This document shows, in pieces, positions 41,445 to 55,049 of a stretch of 64,000 bases of DNA (positions are counted from its first letter, which is position 1; each line of letters opens with the position of its first letter). Position numbers and translations under genes: made by a program. Under the pieces are notes generated by a model, which saw only the letters and a program-made list of their open reading frames with translations, was not told where the DNA came from and made no database searches. This DNA comes from the human T2T-CHM13v2.0 reference genome, Homo sapiens: NCBI RefSeq assembly GCF_009914755.1, contig NC_060939.1; one strand, given 5' to 3'.

Positions 41445-41840
41445 TGCTAGGGGCTGAACTGTGTCCTCCCAGAATGTATATGTTGAAGCTTTAGCCCCCA
41501 GTGACTATATCTGGAGAGAGAGTCTTTAGGATGTAATTAAGGTAAAATGAGATCATAAGGGTGGGGCCCTAATCCAATAGGATCCATGTCCTTACAAGAA
41601 GAGGAAGACAGAGATCTCTCAGTCTCTCAGTCTCTTCTCCCATATGAGGACGCAGAGGGAAAGTAACCATCTGCAAGCCAAGAGGAGCCCCCACCAGAAC
41701 CCGACCATGGTAGCATCCTGACCTCAGACTTCCAGCCTGCAGAACTGGGAGAAAGTACATTTCTGTGGTTTAAGCCACCCAGTCTATGGAGCCACCCAGT
41801 CTATGGTATTTTGTTATGGCACCCTGAGCTGACTGAGACA
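41445..41840 (+). mobile_element. MLT1A-like MaLR solo LTR
   Basis: TG...CA ends, TSD atca(t/a); 'ggtggggccctaatccaatagga', 'gacttccagcct'; perfect 17-bp tandem duplication agccacccagtctatgg at 41773-41806. Confidence 0.9.
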
Positions 41841-41859
41841 ATCAAATCACATTATTCCA

Positions 41860-42745
41860 TGATAAATGTGGTATTTTGGAAATTTGGCTTTTGATAACTA
41901 GTGTGTGGACAATTGGCTAAATATTTTTGTAAAAAAAAAAGGGTACTTCATATCTTACAGCAAATTCCAAATAGATTAAAGATTTAAATGTAAAAAAGAT
42001 AAGAAAAATTCTAAATAAAATGTTATCACATGGGTTTAGAGTTCATGAAAAGAAAAAAATGCCATGATTACATAGGTTGCATTTTATGAAGACAGGAACA
42101 TTTAAACATGAAGCCAAAAGAAATAAAAGTCACAGATGAACAGTAATGGAATTAGCCTGATAGACATTACCATCCCACCCCACAAAAAATATTTTGATAA
42201 AACTCAGCCATTTATTTTGGTTAAAAGTTCTTGATAAAATAGGAATGAAAGGATGCTTCCTTCATAGCATAAATATCTCAAATCGAGTCAACTTCATGCT
42301 TGAAAGTGAACTGTATGAGGAATAGCCACTAAAATTAAGAACAAGTTATAAATATCTCCTGTTACTATTATTACTTAACATGGGTTTGGGATTTTAGTCC
42401 CTTGTGATCAGACAAGGGAAATGAACAAGATAAAATATTTAATAGATGAAAAAAAATCACATTTTTTGCAGATGATATCATTTGCATAAAAACTAAAAAT
42501 AATATAAAGTCAATTATAACTGATGAAAATTTCAATAAAGGGAAAATTATAAAACAAACACAAAAATATAACAAGTACAAAAGAATACATTTTCTATATA
42601 TCAGTAATATGCGATTGAAAAGTATAATGGAAGAAGGATTCCATTCATATTAGAAGCATAAAAAATCTTGAAACAATATTGACAGAAAATAGGCAGGTCA
42701 TATATTTTTATGCTCACATATATGTTAACATTTACTGTCAATATT

Positions 42746-42788
<43 letters not shown>

Positions 42789-43950
42789 CATTTACTGAGG
42801 AGTGGGAAAATCAGAATAAATGGAAATTTTGCTTGAGAAGATAATTTAATGTTCTCAGTCCATCCCAAGTATATCTATAATTTGAACACAGCTTTAAAAT
42901 TTTTAAATGACTTGTTTTGGAAATTGAAAATAAAGAAAAACAAAACTTTATCTCAAAGAAAAATGATTGAAAATAGTACAAAAGGAAGAGTAATAAATTT
43001 GAGTTACAAATAGAAATAGAAGATGAAGTTAAAATAATTTAACCACTATGAAACCAGCACAGAAATAGATAGAATTAAAATCCAGAAAATAGACAAGCAC
43101 ATAATGTAAACCTAGCAGATGAAAAAGGTGTGAGTTCAAATTCCTGAGAAAGAATAAAGATTATTTAGTAAATGCCATTGAATCAATTGGCTTAAACATT
43201 TGGGGGAAAAAAGAACATAGAATCTAGCTTATGTGTTATACCAAATTAGATAGTAAATATGCTAAGATTTAACTTTCAAAAATAAAAGTATGAAAGTAGT
43301 AGATGAAAATACAGGCTAATTAGGAAAGGTCTATTTATGAATGACATCAAAGGCAGAAATCACAAAGAAAAGTGGTTTAGATTAATTGAACCAAAAATTA
43401 TTTTGTTATCAAAGCCATCATGAAAAGAATTTAGAGAGAAATAAACTGGCTAAGAGGTTATTGTCTTTAACATGTAAAGGGCTCTTTCAAATCAATAAAA
43501 ATATAAAAACACAATGGACAAATCGGTAAAGACTTTAAAGAGAAGTTTCTCCAAAGATGAATTCAAATAAACATATAAATATTTGACCTGAACAAAAATT
43601 ATGGAAACTAAAATATGAAAAATAACATTTGCCCATATCACATGGAAAATAATGTGAATGCCTTCATGGCACTAGGAGAAATGGGCAATCTTATTCACTT
43701 TTAGAAGAAATGCAAATAACTCTACACTGTCTGAAACTCAGGTTTTTCAGTGTATCTCAAAAGTCTTAAACGTGTGCATTTTCTTTGATCTAGCAATTCT
43801 GCTTCTAGGAAGCTTTCCCAAGGAAATAATTAGGTCAAAAATTAACCGTAAGGCTCTGCTACACAAAGTCTTTCATGCATTGTGAGGGGACAGTAACTGA
43901 AAAGCAGAGCAAATTGTTCAATCATAGCAGGTTTGTTAAGTAATTTGTAG
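41860..43950 (+). mobile_element. Highly degraded L1M/L1ME ORF2-3' fragments
   Basis: A-rich with L1 remnants ('tttttgcagatgata', 'tttgatctagcaattctgcttctagga'). Confidence 0.55.
42749..42785. repeat. (TA)18 microsatellite
   Basis: Pure TA run. Confidence 0.97.
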
Positions 43951-44289
43951 TCATTCAATTTATTAAATTATACTTCAGTAAAATAAATTATATAGCAGTC
44001 TGTAGAAGATCTCTTCTCATTTAGCAACATTCAGTAGATGTATAACTATTTTAGATTAATGGATATAACTCTAGAAGGGTACGTAGCACAATACCAACAC
44101 CCAACTTTTTTGTGGTATTAATACTACCTGCTCCTAACCCTACAAAGTAATCCTGATTGTAAGGATTGTAAGCTCAAACGTTAACTCCACTGAGTGGCCT
44201 TCGGTGAGTACCGCAGACAAAACTATCTTCTAGCCAAGGACATTCCCGGTCCCAGGCCCAACACAGTTTTTTAATTGCCATTTTTTTTA

Positions 44290-44480
44290 AGCTTCTTCAC
44301 AGCATTTACCAATGTGTGGCATTACATAAATGCATTCGCTTGTTAATGTATTTCTATTACCTGCCTGATCCCCTTTCAAGATCAGCTCCATGAGGGCAGG
44401 GACTGTCTATCTTGTTTCTACTGTTCCCAACAATAGGACCCAGCAAAGAGCTAGATATTGAGTAGATGTTTGTTCAATTA
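44290..44480 (+). mobile_element. L2 3' end
   Basis: 'agctccatgagggcagggactgtctatcttgtt...agtagatgtttgttcaat'. Confidence 0.75.
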
Positions 44481-44548
44481 AGTATGCTTTCTTACTGAAT
44501 TGTAAGAGTTTTTATATATGAAGGATAATAAACTTCTGTCATCTACAG

Positions 44549-44751
44549 CAGAGGTTGAAAACTTTTTCTGTAATTGGCTACATTGTAAATACTTTAGGTA
44601 CTAAAGTACTTGCAAATCACAGCGACTCAGCACTGCCTTTCTAGTGTGAAAGCAGCATAGACAATACACAAATGAATGGGTGTGGCTGTGTTGCAGTAAA
44701 ACTTTATTTTAAAAACAGGAGGCCGCAGGATTTGACCCTTGCTAACCCCTA
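44549..44751. mobile_element. MER58A hAT-Charlie MITE
   Basis: 'gtgaaagcagcatagacaatacacaaatgaatgggtgtggctgtgttgcagtaaaactttattt'. Confidence 0.88.
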
Positions 44752-45646
44752 TTCTGCACTGTGAATATATTTCCATTTTATTGTGGGCCATTTAATTTTT
44801 GTTTTTATGTACAGAAATTTTTAATTTTTATGTAGTCATTAGTATTCAACATTTTCTTTAGTTTTGTTTTATTTAAAACTTTTCTTAGAAAGTCTCTCCC
44901 CATCCCAAATAAGATAAGTATGCTCTGGATCACTAAATGTACCTGATTCAAATATATGAAATTCTCATCCTTTGGCCTTTTATTTTATCCTCTGAGACAC
45001 AAATTCCACGTGTTTTGTTTCCTGTGAAAATAACTGTATCTGTGCATAAAGCTTTTCCCACAATGATGTTCATCACAAGGCTTATTGTAATAGGTACTTT
45101 TTGCAATAATCTTAGTGTCTATTAATTGAGAATTAGATGTATTATCAATATAAATGAAAACAAATGATATAAACTAATGAAAATGATTTTAAATTGAATT
45201 AAATATTGACCAGAAAATGTGTCCACAATATCCTAAGCAAACGAAAGCAGAATACAAATAGACCTACAGTATGATCCATTTAAAACAATATTGGCACTTA
45301 TTTGATGTTCAATAAATTTTCGTTGAATGAGTGACTGAATGAATGAGAGAATAGATAGAGCAAAAAATAAGAGTATTCTTTCTGAGAAAATAGCAGCACA
45401 CCTAAAATGCCAGATCCAAAACAACCAAACAAAAAGTAAATAAAACATTCTTTTCTAAGCATAGCATGGCTTACAGGAAAATAAGGAAGTATTTTCTGCT
45501 CCAGAAGCTGCATAAAAATGGGACTGCATTTGAATAAGCATCTACCGGAGCTGACATCTGCCCCGGCAGTGTCTGGTAACCTACAATTTCCAGAACTGCA
45601 TTAAGAGATATGGGGCCGGGGGAGGGAAGGGGACAACCACAAATCA

Positions 45647-46148
<502 letters not shown>

Positions 46149-46644
46149 TCACAACTGGGTTAGGGAAGCGAGAGAGAGACGGAAGGTGTTCTGAGGGCTA
46201 CCCTGCTCTCCACTTTTTTGAATGTGATAAGAAATAAATTTAAAAAGCAAAAGAAAATGTATAAGGTAACTGAGTGCTGACTTTTCTTCTTTTTTTTTGC
46301 TTCAGATGACAGTAACAGTATCCCCAAATTTTAAACACTAAAGAACAGTTGTTTTCACAAGTTAAATCTTTTAGGTAATTATATATATATTTTCTTGCTA
46401 TGATTCGCCTTTCAAAATTAGTTGTGCATGTAAAGAATAAAGCAAAAACCACAATGAACCCACTAATAGATTTTGTACTTAAACTACTTATCAGAAAAAA
46501 CAAAAACCCTGAAAAATCGTCAAAGGCCTAATTCTGAATATAACAAAACAAAGGATAGTGGCTTTTTCTAAGAGTGTTTTTCTCCCAAGAAATGCATAGT
46601 TTTCTGAGAAAATATTTTCATTGATTGTGACCAGAGATGTTACA

Positions 46645-46800
46645 AATTACAGGGTGGAAATTGAGGTTTAGTTCTAAGCTTTCCACTTAGCCTGTGACTT
46701 TGGGACAGTCACTTTTTGTATCTGGGCCTCAATTTCCTCAACGATGAGACAAGCAGTTTGGACAGAATTCCAATATCCCTTCCACATATTAAACTGTGTA
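46645..46800 (+). mobile_element. MIR/MIR3 fragment
   Basis: 'cctgtgactttgggacagtcactt...tctgggcctcaatttcctca'. Confidence 0.65.
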
Positions 46801-46830
46801 GTTTGAGATTATGCGGTGCATTATTATAAA

Positions 46831-46850
46831 TCCCCACTAGGGGGCAGTAT
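46831..46850 (+). promoter_or_regulatory. CTCF binding motif (candidate insulator/loop anchor)
   Basis: ccactagggggcag at 46834-46847 matches the CTCF core CCAS/YAGRKGGCRS; unique sequence. Confidence 0.75.
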
Positions 46851-47669
46851 TTGCATAGTCATGTCCATCAAAAAGCAGAACTGGGCGTGCAAAATTAACT
46901 TAGAACTCATTCTCTCATCTTTGCTAGAAGACAACACTGTAAGCAGGTGGAGACCATAGCCCTGCATGAAGTACTGGGGCCTCTGTGCCAACCCACAGTT
47001 CCACTAGGAGGTAACAGCCACCCCACCCCATCCCCAAGAGCCCAGAGAGAGGCGGGACTTCTGATGTCAGCTTTGACTTTCGCAGGGGCTTCCGGAGTGT
47101 CTGCATTGTTCTCATTACTGAAAGCGTTCTGGTTGCAGCTTGATGTCTTTGGTGAGGATAGAGTATATTTTGCTTCATTTACTAATTCTCGTTTTCTTCT
47201 CCTGTCCCTTCAATATGGATAGATAAATCTGCACAACTTTTACCTCTGGAATTGACGAGTTACCTTCATTTGTGGTTTGCAAAAAGATGCCTGGAAGGAT
47301 ACTGTGTACCAGCACCATGGGATACTTGACAACCCCAGTCAATGGGGATCCATCCTAGGCCAAATGCTGTCCATTCAAGTGGTTCTGGAATCTCAGGGCA
47401 CACTACAAACCAAACCCAAACCAAATCTCCAGGGCAGACCAGGGATCCAGAGATTGGAGAGATGTGGATTTACATGGTGGTGGCAAATAAAAGAAAGTGA
47501 GAACAAGCTTACATTTGCCCAAGATAGCATTTAACCGTACCCTCCCTAACCCAAACCTCCCACCTCTTTCTACCAAAAATATCGCTAAGGCGGCTGAGAA
47601 GCTGTCAAACACCCTCTGTGCCTCGCCTCCCTGGTAGGGCTGCTAGTGACAGAGGCATCCGCCAAGACA

Positions 47670-48000
47670 GGTCATTGAATATTTATTGGTTCTCCTGCAC
47701 TGGGAGGAGCTGCTGCAGAGTATAAAGATCCATGAGACGAGTTTCTGCCCTCCAGGAGTTTTCAGGAAGGAAACAAACCCAGGATACAAATATTGTTAAA
47801 TAAAGACAGAGCACGCCAGGGACCCTAGGAGAGAAAAGGCCGAGAGCTGTGGGCAGAGACTAGTGGTGACTGAGAAGGCATCCCGTGGGCCTTCCTTGAC
47901 ATGGGTGGCCTGGAAGGGAGGAGATCTGGACAGAGGTGAGGGCAGGGCAATGACAGGTGATGGGGACAGAATAACTGAACACACTGGGGTAGGATGAGTG
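47670..48000 (-). mobile_element. L2 fragment
   Basis: 'cattgaatatttattg...tttctgccctccaggagtt'. Confidence 0.55.
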
Positions 48001-48302
48001 GGGCATATTTGGTAAAAAGGAAAGATACAAGGAGGCTGAAGTAAGAGCAAGAGTGGACAGTGAAAGAAGGAAGGCAGGGAGGGGAGGAGAGGAGCTCCCT
48101 GCCCGAGCCAGCCCTGTCTGGGTATTCTTTGGGCTTTACTCAGCTTATCAGAGACCTAAGTTCCAATGTTACAAAGCATGTGGGCAGATGGGCATTCTCC
48201 TTTACTATCTGTGAATGTGTAAATCATCATACTCTTTTTTCTGCATAGTTTGGCCCTGTGATCTCACAATCCCACGTCAAGCAATTTCCCTTTAGCAGAT
48301 AA

Positions 48303-48677
<375 letters not shown>

Positions 48678-49019
48678 TAGAAATAATCTATGTGTCCTTC
48701 AAAATGGAACTCAAATATATAATGGTATTTGGGAGCCATTTAATAAAAAAAAATCATCTTGTGATCAGGGGTGTTCATGACATGTGGTTCAATGCACTAG
48801 GCTACTTATAGAACAGCTGTATATAGTGATGCCTTCTCAAAGTTGTCCACATGTAAGTGTGAATGAGAATATGCACCGATATAGAGTTATCTGAAAGAAT
48901 GCTCAACAAAATGTGTACAGATGTGCGTGATGTTATGACATGATATGTGTGTCATGATGTGTATGATTTTGTGTATTATCTTAATTCTTGACCCCAAAGG
49001 TGCCATCTTTACAGAAACT

Positions 49020-49466
49020 CTTGGGCAGTGTTCTTGGGAGGAACAGAACCAATAGGACGTACGTACATAAAAATCTCCCTCTTTCTACATATATATCTAT
49101 AGATAGATAGGTAGAGAGAGATTCATTTTAAGGAATTACCTTACATGATTTTGAAGGTGCAAGTCTAAAAATCTGCAAGGTAGGCAGGCAGGCTGGAGAC
49201 CCAGGCAAAAGTTGCAGTCCAAGTGCAAAAGCCATCTGCTGTGAGAATTCCTTCTTGCTGCAGGGAGGTCAGTCTTTATTCAGGCCTTCAACTACCTTGA
49301 TGAGGCCCAGCCGCATTTGGAGGGCAATCTGCTTCATTCAAAGTGCACCCGTTTAAATGTAAATCTCATTCCCAAACTCCTTCACAGAAACATCCAGAAT
49401 CATGTTTGACTAAATAATCTGGGCACCATGGCCCAGCCAAGTTGACACATAAATGTAGCCATCACA
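49020..49466 (-). mobile_element. MLT2B-like ERVL solo LTR
   Basis: 'acagaaccaatagga', 'gagggcaatctgctt', ends 'ccaagttgacacataaatgtagccatcaca'. Confidence 0.88.
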
Positions 49467-51129
49467 AGCAGTGCCCAAGATGTTAGGACTGGTTGTTAGT
49501 CCCCAGAGACTTCCAGAAAAAGTCATTTCAGCAGCTTCTCAGGAGATGTGGTGCAGGGGATGATGGGGTATGTGTGATAGCTCCGGGCAGGCGCTACAGG
49601 GTTTTGTTTTAGTTGGCTGGCTAGAGAAAGCTGGACTCCTGTATAGAGTTACTGACTTGAAGAAGAATCTATAAAGAACAAAGAGATATTTGAGTTCTTT
49701 TCCTACATTAGGCAAAATTGAAACTTTCATGCACAATGGCAGACCTGACCAAAAAACAAACAAAAACCAAACATTCAAGTCTCTTACTGTGTGTGGTCTG
49801 TTCCCATGCCCCCAATATGGTGTCTTTGCCTACTCACCCTCTTAGATACTCTTACATTTCTTTGCCTGTGACTCACACCTTGCTAGAAACAATGTTGGTT
49901 ATTGGCGTCAAAGGTACAACCTGCAAAAAAGCAGCCTATGCTTAAAATATAATTCTCTGTTTTCTCCATATTTTCCTCACACTTCTCAGGACTTGATGCA
50001 GGAAAATCAAGACATCACTGCTAGTTCAGGTGAGATTAATTCAGTGTGGGTCATTACAGTCAAATTGATAAAACTGCTCTGCTCACCCTCCATAGAAAAA
50101 AGTCCATAGCTCTCCACTCCAGTGTGGCCAGTATCATTCCTCAGCCACATTCTAAAGAGGGCCAAGGAGTTTAGCCTCATAACATCTGTGGCCTTGTGCA
50201 TGGCTCCTGAGCATGCGGCAGCAGGAAGGTGGCCGGAGCTGGGTCATCGTGGCTCTCCAAAGGCTCCTCCTGCACTGGGAGCCATAGTGTCAAGCCTCCC
50301 TCACACACTGGCAAGCAGCCCTTTCCTCCTCTCCCTACTGTCCATCATGGCCTGGCGATGTGTGTTGGCAAAAGCAAAGGCCTGGGAAAGAGAGCCATCT
50401 GCCAGCTCAGCCTCAGCAAGCCCTTCCTTCAAGCCTTCCCATCAGAAGCCAGATTCCTTTCCTGGGAGCAATTAGTCCTAACGACAAATGACAGAGGTTC
50501 TAAAACTGCGATTCAAGTGAGATTTGCAGAAGAAATGATAAATAAACCCAGAAGTTATCAAATTATAGCAGCAGGATTTATTCACTTGTATTAGAAGCTG
50601 AAAGCACAATGTAAGGGCTTGTGTTCCCTTTGGCACAAGTCTTCTCGTGCAGTTATTCGTTCTTCCTGAACACCCTGGGATTTCCACGTGGAGAGTTCAG
50701 AAGGAGAAGTAATCTGCGATCTCTCTGCTTCAGGCTCTCTTTTTATTTCTTCATGAATCGTTTAGTCAGCTGTCCTCTGGGAGGGAACTTTCAGTCATTC
50801 CACCTTCTAATTAAGATTTCTTTTCAAAAACAGCAAACATAGGTTTGGTCCATTGGGTTTGCTTACCCTGGCCCAGCAGCCATGTCCTTATAAGAATTTC
50901 CAAGTTAAATGTTTAGCTTGGGTGTGTGCAAAGAAGTTGAGACAGTCATCTGCTTTGCATCACCTGAGGTCAGCGGGCTCAAGAAAGGAGGTGAATGCAA
51001 TTTTAGAATCCTTGACTGTCCAAGGTGTACAAAAGGTTGCTGGGTACAGCCTGCCTTAAACATCTGCCTCTCTAAACAAGTCTTTCAGCTGCTGCCCACA
51101 CTCAGCCAAATTTGCAGCCCTTCTCTTCT

Positions 51130-51345
51130 TCCCTGATTTATTTTTCTTATTTGTACTTATCCTCAGCTGACACAGTTTGGATGTGTATTCTATTTATCTT
51201 GTTCATTGTCTACCCCCAGCCCCCACTATAAAATACCTTCACAAGACTAGGAATTTTTTGTTTGTTTTGTTCACTGTCATAATCCAAGAGGTTAGTACGG
51301 TGACTCTCAATAAATACCTGCTGAATAATAAATGAATGAGTGAAT
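51130..51345 (+). mobile_element. L2 3' end
   Basis: 'ttttgttcactg...ctcaataaatacctgctgaataataaatgaatgagtgaat'. Confidence 0.75.
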
Positions 51346-51519
51346 TTCAGTGCCTAGGTCCTAGGTCTGCCCATTGTACTTTACATAATAAATCTAATCT
51401 GATCCTATCTAATCAGAAACAATTCTCTAGCTTTGTATTATTTATGAGGTATTAGAAAACATAAACTTCCATCAGCCTTGGAAAGCCTAGATGATCAGTC
51501 TTTATAAGAAGGGAGGATT

Positions 51520-52060
<541 letters not shown>

Positions 52061-53380
52061 TGCCTTCCCTTGCTTGGGAAGGACTTGGCACGCTGCCTAG
52101 TGCCTAGTGAAGCCATCTCTAGGCACAGAGAAGATGGGAGCAAGGGACAGTGCAAGTCCTGCCATGTGGAAGCTCACCCTGTGGTGGGAGAGATAAGACG
52201 CCTGTTTCCAAGCTGGCCGTGTCGTATGAACAGTGCACTACATGGCACAGGAAGTGAGAAGCATGAGCCCTTTCCTGTGGCCAGTTTTCCGGCTTCCCAG
52301 GAAAACCACCCTAGCGCTCATCAATGAGGGCATGAGGCATCCCATCCCAACCCTGCCCAGGCCTCTGGGCAGAACCTACACTCACCCTAAACCTGCTTGT
52401 CAGGGCAGTGGGATCCACAGGGTGTTGGGAGGGAGCAAGGTCGGTATGAAACTTGAGGTTTCCAGGTTTCCAGAAGCGAACTCTTCAGTCAGTCTTTCTC
52501 CTCAAAATGTGTCAGGGCTCTTGCTGGAATCTTCCAACCTCCAATGATCGGGTCATTCACGGTCTTCTGTCCACTGGGGACAAGTTGGCTTCTTGGAAGA
52601 GAGGAAAAAAGCAAGGGGAGAACCATGGATGACTCTTCAAGCTTCTGCTCTGAAGTTTACTCTCATTTCACTGGGTAAAGCCAAGTCACCAGGTCAAGCC
52701 TGATGCAAGTCCAGCGGGAAGTATTGTTCTCCCCAGGGATGGCTAAGTAAGGAGGGATGGTACATTTTTTTGACAGTCAGATAGTCTACCAAAGCAGGGT
52801 ATATATAATGGGAGCAGGAAATAGTTGGTTTGACGGAGGCATATGATGTCTCGAAAGGAGGTCCTCCAGGATGTACTGAAAGAGTAGCTTGGGGTCAGTT
52901 CTTGGACTGTGGACTTCGCAGGAAGGCACTGGGAGCAATGGAGGGTTGTTGAGCAGGGAAGCAACACGTTCAAAGCTATGTGTCTCGGGGGCTGGATTGG
53001 CCCTTTAAGTGCACTTTATAGTAGGCATGTAGGGATAATAAAATATAATTACTCCCACAAAAAGCGGTTCAATTAAAGCAACCTAAATCAGGATGTTTGG
53101 ACACTAGTCTGCAAAATGGTGCCAGTCTGGCTGCACAAGAATCACAGCAAATCCTGGTGGCTGTACCTCCCAAATACATCATTAATATCGCCACCTCTCA
53201 GCCCCATGCTCTCACCTCGGTACAGCCACCAACATCTTTTCTCTGACAACTGCTCCCAGCTGTCATTCTTTCTTCTCTGTAGTCTCTCTTTAGTCTCTCC
53301 TTCCCACACCAGCAGAAGATAAACATTTTTAACATGTAAATCCCATCATGTCGGTACCTTGCTGAAACCCTCCCTCTAAA

Positions 53381-53383
<3 letters not shown>

Positions 53384-53413
<30 letters not shown>
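53384..53413. repeat. (AC)15 microsatellite
   Basis: Pure AC run. Confidence 0.97.
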
Positions 53414-53415
<2 letters not shown>

Positions 53416-53793
53416 CAGACTTTAAAGGAATTCTGGAGACAAAGGGAATCTACATCACAGAAACTCAAATGATTACAATTCAGGGTTAGATATCGCTGCT
53501 CCTCATCTTCTCGAAGCCACTTTAGAACTTTGGAGGCCAGCCCTGTACCACTGCTCATCCTTGCTTTCTTTCTTTCCTACTCTCACTCTCTCATTTGCTC
53601 TCTCTCCTGGCCCTCTATGTAATTCAACTTCTTGGATTCAGAGAAGTTCAGCTGTCTCTCTGGGTATCTGACTGGATTCTTGTCCTCAGAGACTAAAAAT
53701 CCACTCCCAGGAAGAGTTCTGACACCCCTTGTCATGCTTAGCTTCCCACCTTCCCTTCAGTTTAGGTAACTTTGTCTCTCTCCGTCTTTCTTT

Positions 53794-54771
53794 TTTTTTC
53801 TGTTTAATTTTTTTTTAAATTATACTTGAAGTTCTAGGGCACGTGTGCACAATGTGCAGGTTTATTACATATGTATACATGTGCCATGTTGGTGTGCTGC
53901 ACCCATTAACTCGTCCTTTACATTAGGTATATCTCCTAATGCTATCCTTCTCCCCTCCCCCCAACCCCCTGACAGGCCCTGGTGTGTGATGTTCCCCTCC
54001 CTGTGTCCAAGTATTCTCATTGTTCAGTTCCCACCTATGAGTGAGAACATGTGGTGTTTGGTTTTCTGTCCTTGTGATAGTTTGCTGAGAATGATGGTTT
54101 CCAGCTTCATCCATGTCCCTACAAAGGACATGAACTCATCATTTTTTATGGCTGCGTAGTATTCCATGGTGTATATGTGCCACATCTTCTTAATCCAATC
54201 TATCATTGATGGACATTTGGGTTGGTTCCAAGTCTTTGCTATTGTGAATAGTGCCCCAATAAACATACATATGCTTGTTTCTTTATAGCAGCATGATTTA
54301 TAATCCTTTGGGTATATACCCAGTAATGGGATGGCTGGGTCAAATGGTATTTCTAGTTCTAGATCCTTGGGGAATCACCACACTGTCTTCCACAATGCTT
54401 GAACTAGTTTACAGTCCCACCAACAGTGTAAAAGTGTTCCTATTTCTCCACATCCTCTCCAGCACCTGTTGTTTCCTGACTTTTTAATGATCGTCATTCT
54501 AACTGGTGTGAGATGATATTTCATTGTGGTTTTGATTTGCATTTCTCTGATGGCCAGTGATGATGAGCATTTTTTCATGTGTCTGTTGGCTGCATAAATG
54601 TCTTCTTTTGAGAAGTGTTTGTTCATATCCTTTGCCCACTTTTTGATGGGGTTGTTTGATTTTTTTCTCGTAAATTTGTTTGAGTTCTTTGTAGATTCTG
54701 GATATTAGCCCTTTGTCAGCTGGGTAGATTGCAAAAATGTTCTCCCATTCTGTAGGTTGCCTATTCACTCT
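53794..54771 (-). mobile_element. L1PA4/5-like 3' end, 5'-truncated (about 1 kb)
   Basis: ORF2 C-terminal peptide with CCHC region ([19 protein letters not shown]); 18-bp TSD ctctctcc(g/c)tctttcttt at 53776-53793 / 54768-54785. Confidence 0.93.
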
Positions 54772-54797
54772 CTCCCTCTTTCTTTGTCTTTACTCGC

Positions 54798-54993
54798 CCA
54801 GTGGAGTGTTGGAAACAGATCGGGAGAGCTGATTGTACTCATTTCTTCCCAGGTCTACATTAGTCGTATGTAGTATTTGTACCTTCAAATCAGCCATAGT
54901 GGGCATATTTACATCACAGAAAACAGCAAAGGCTACAAATCCAGGCTCTTTCCTTCCAGAGCTGGCTGTTAAACATTGATCAGCACATCACTG
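54798..54993. mobile_element. MER63A-like hAT-Blackjack MITE
   Basis: TIRs 'cagtggagtgttgg' ... 'cagcacatcactg'; 'gagagctgattgt', 'tatttacatcacagaaa'. Confidence 0.75.
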
Positions 54994-55049
54994 CATCTAT
55001 CTATATGATTTGTTTGTTTAGTCATATTCAATAATTTCCAACAAAATGG

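Noticed and set aside
46849-47100. snRNA-type promoter (octamer DSE + PSE)
   Set aside because: No convincing PSE at the expected distance and no snRNA-like body downstream
50660-50710. Pre-miRNA-like hairpin
   Set aside because: Stem of only about 12 bp with a bulge and an irregular inner region; too short for a Drosha substrate
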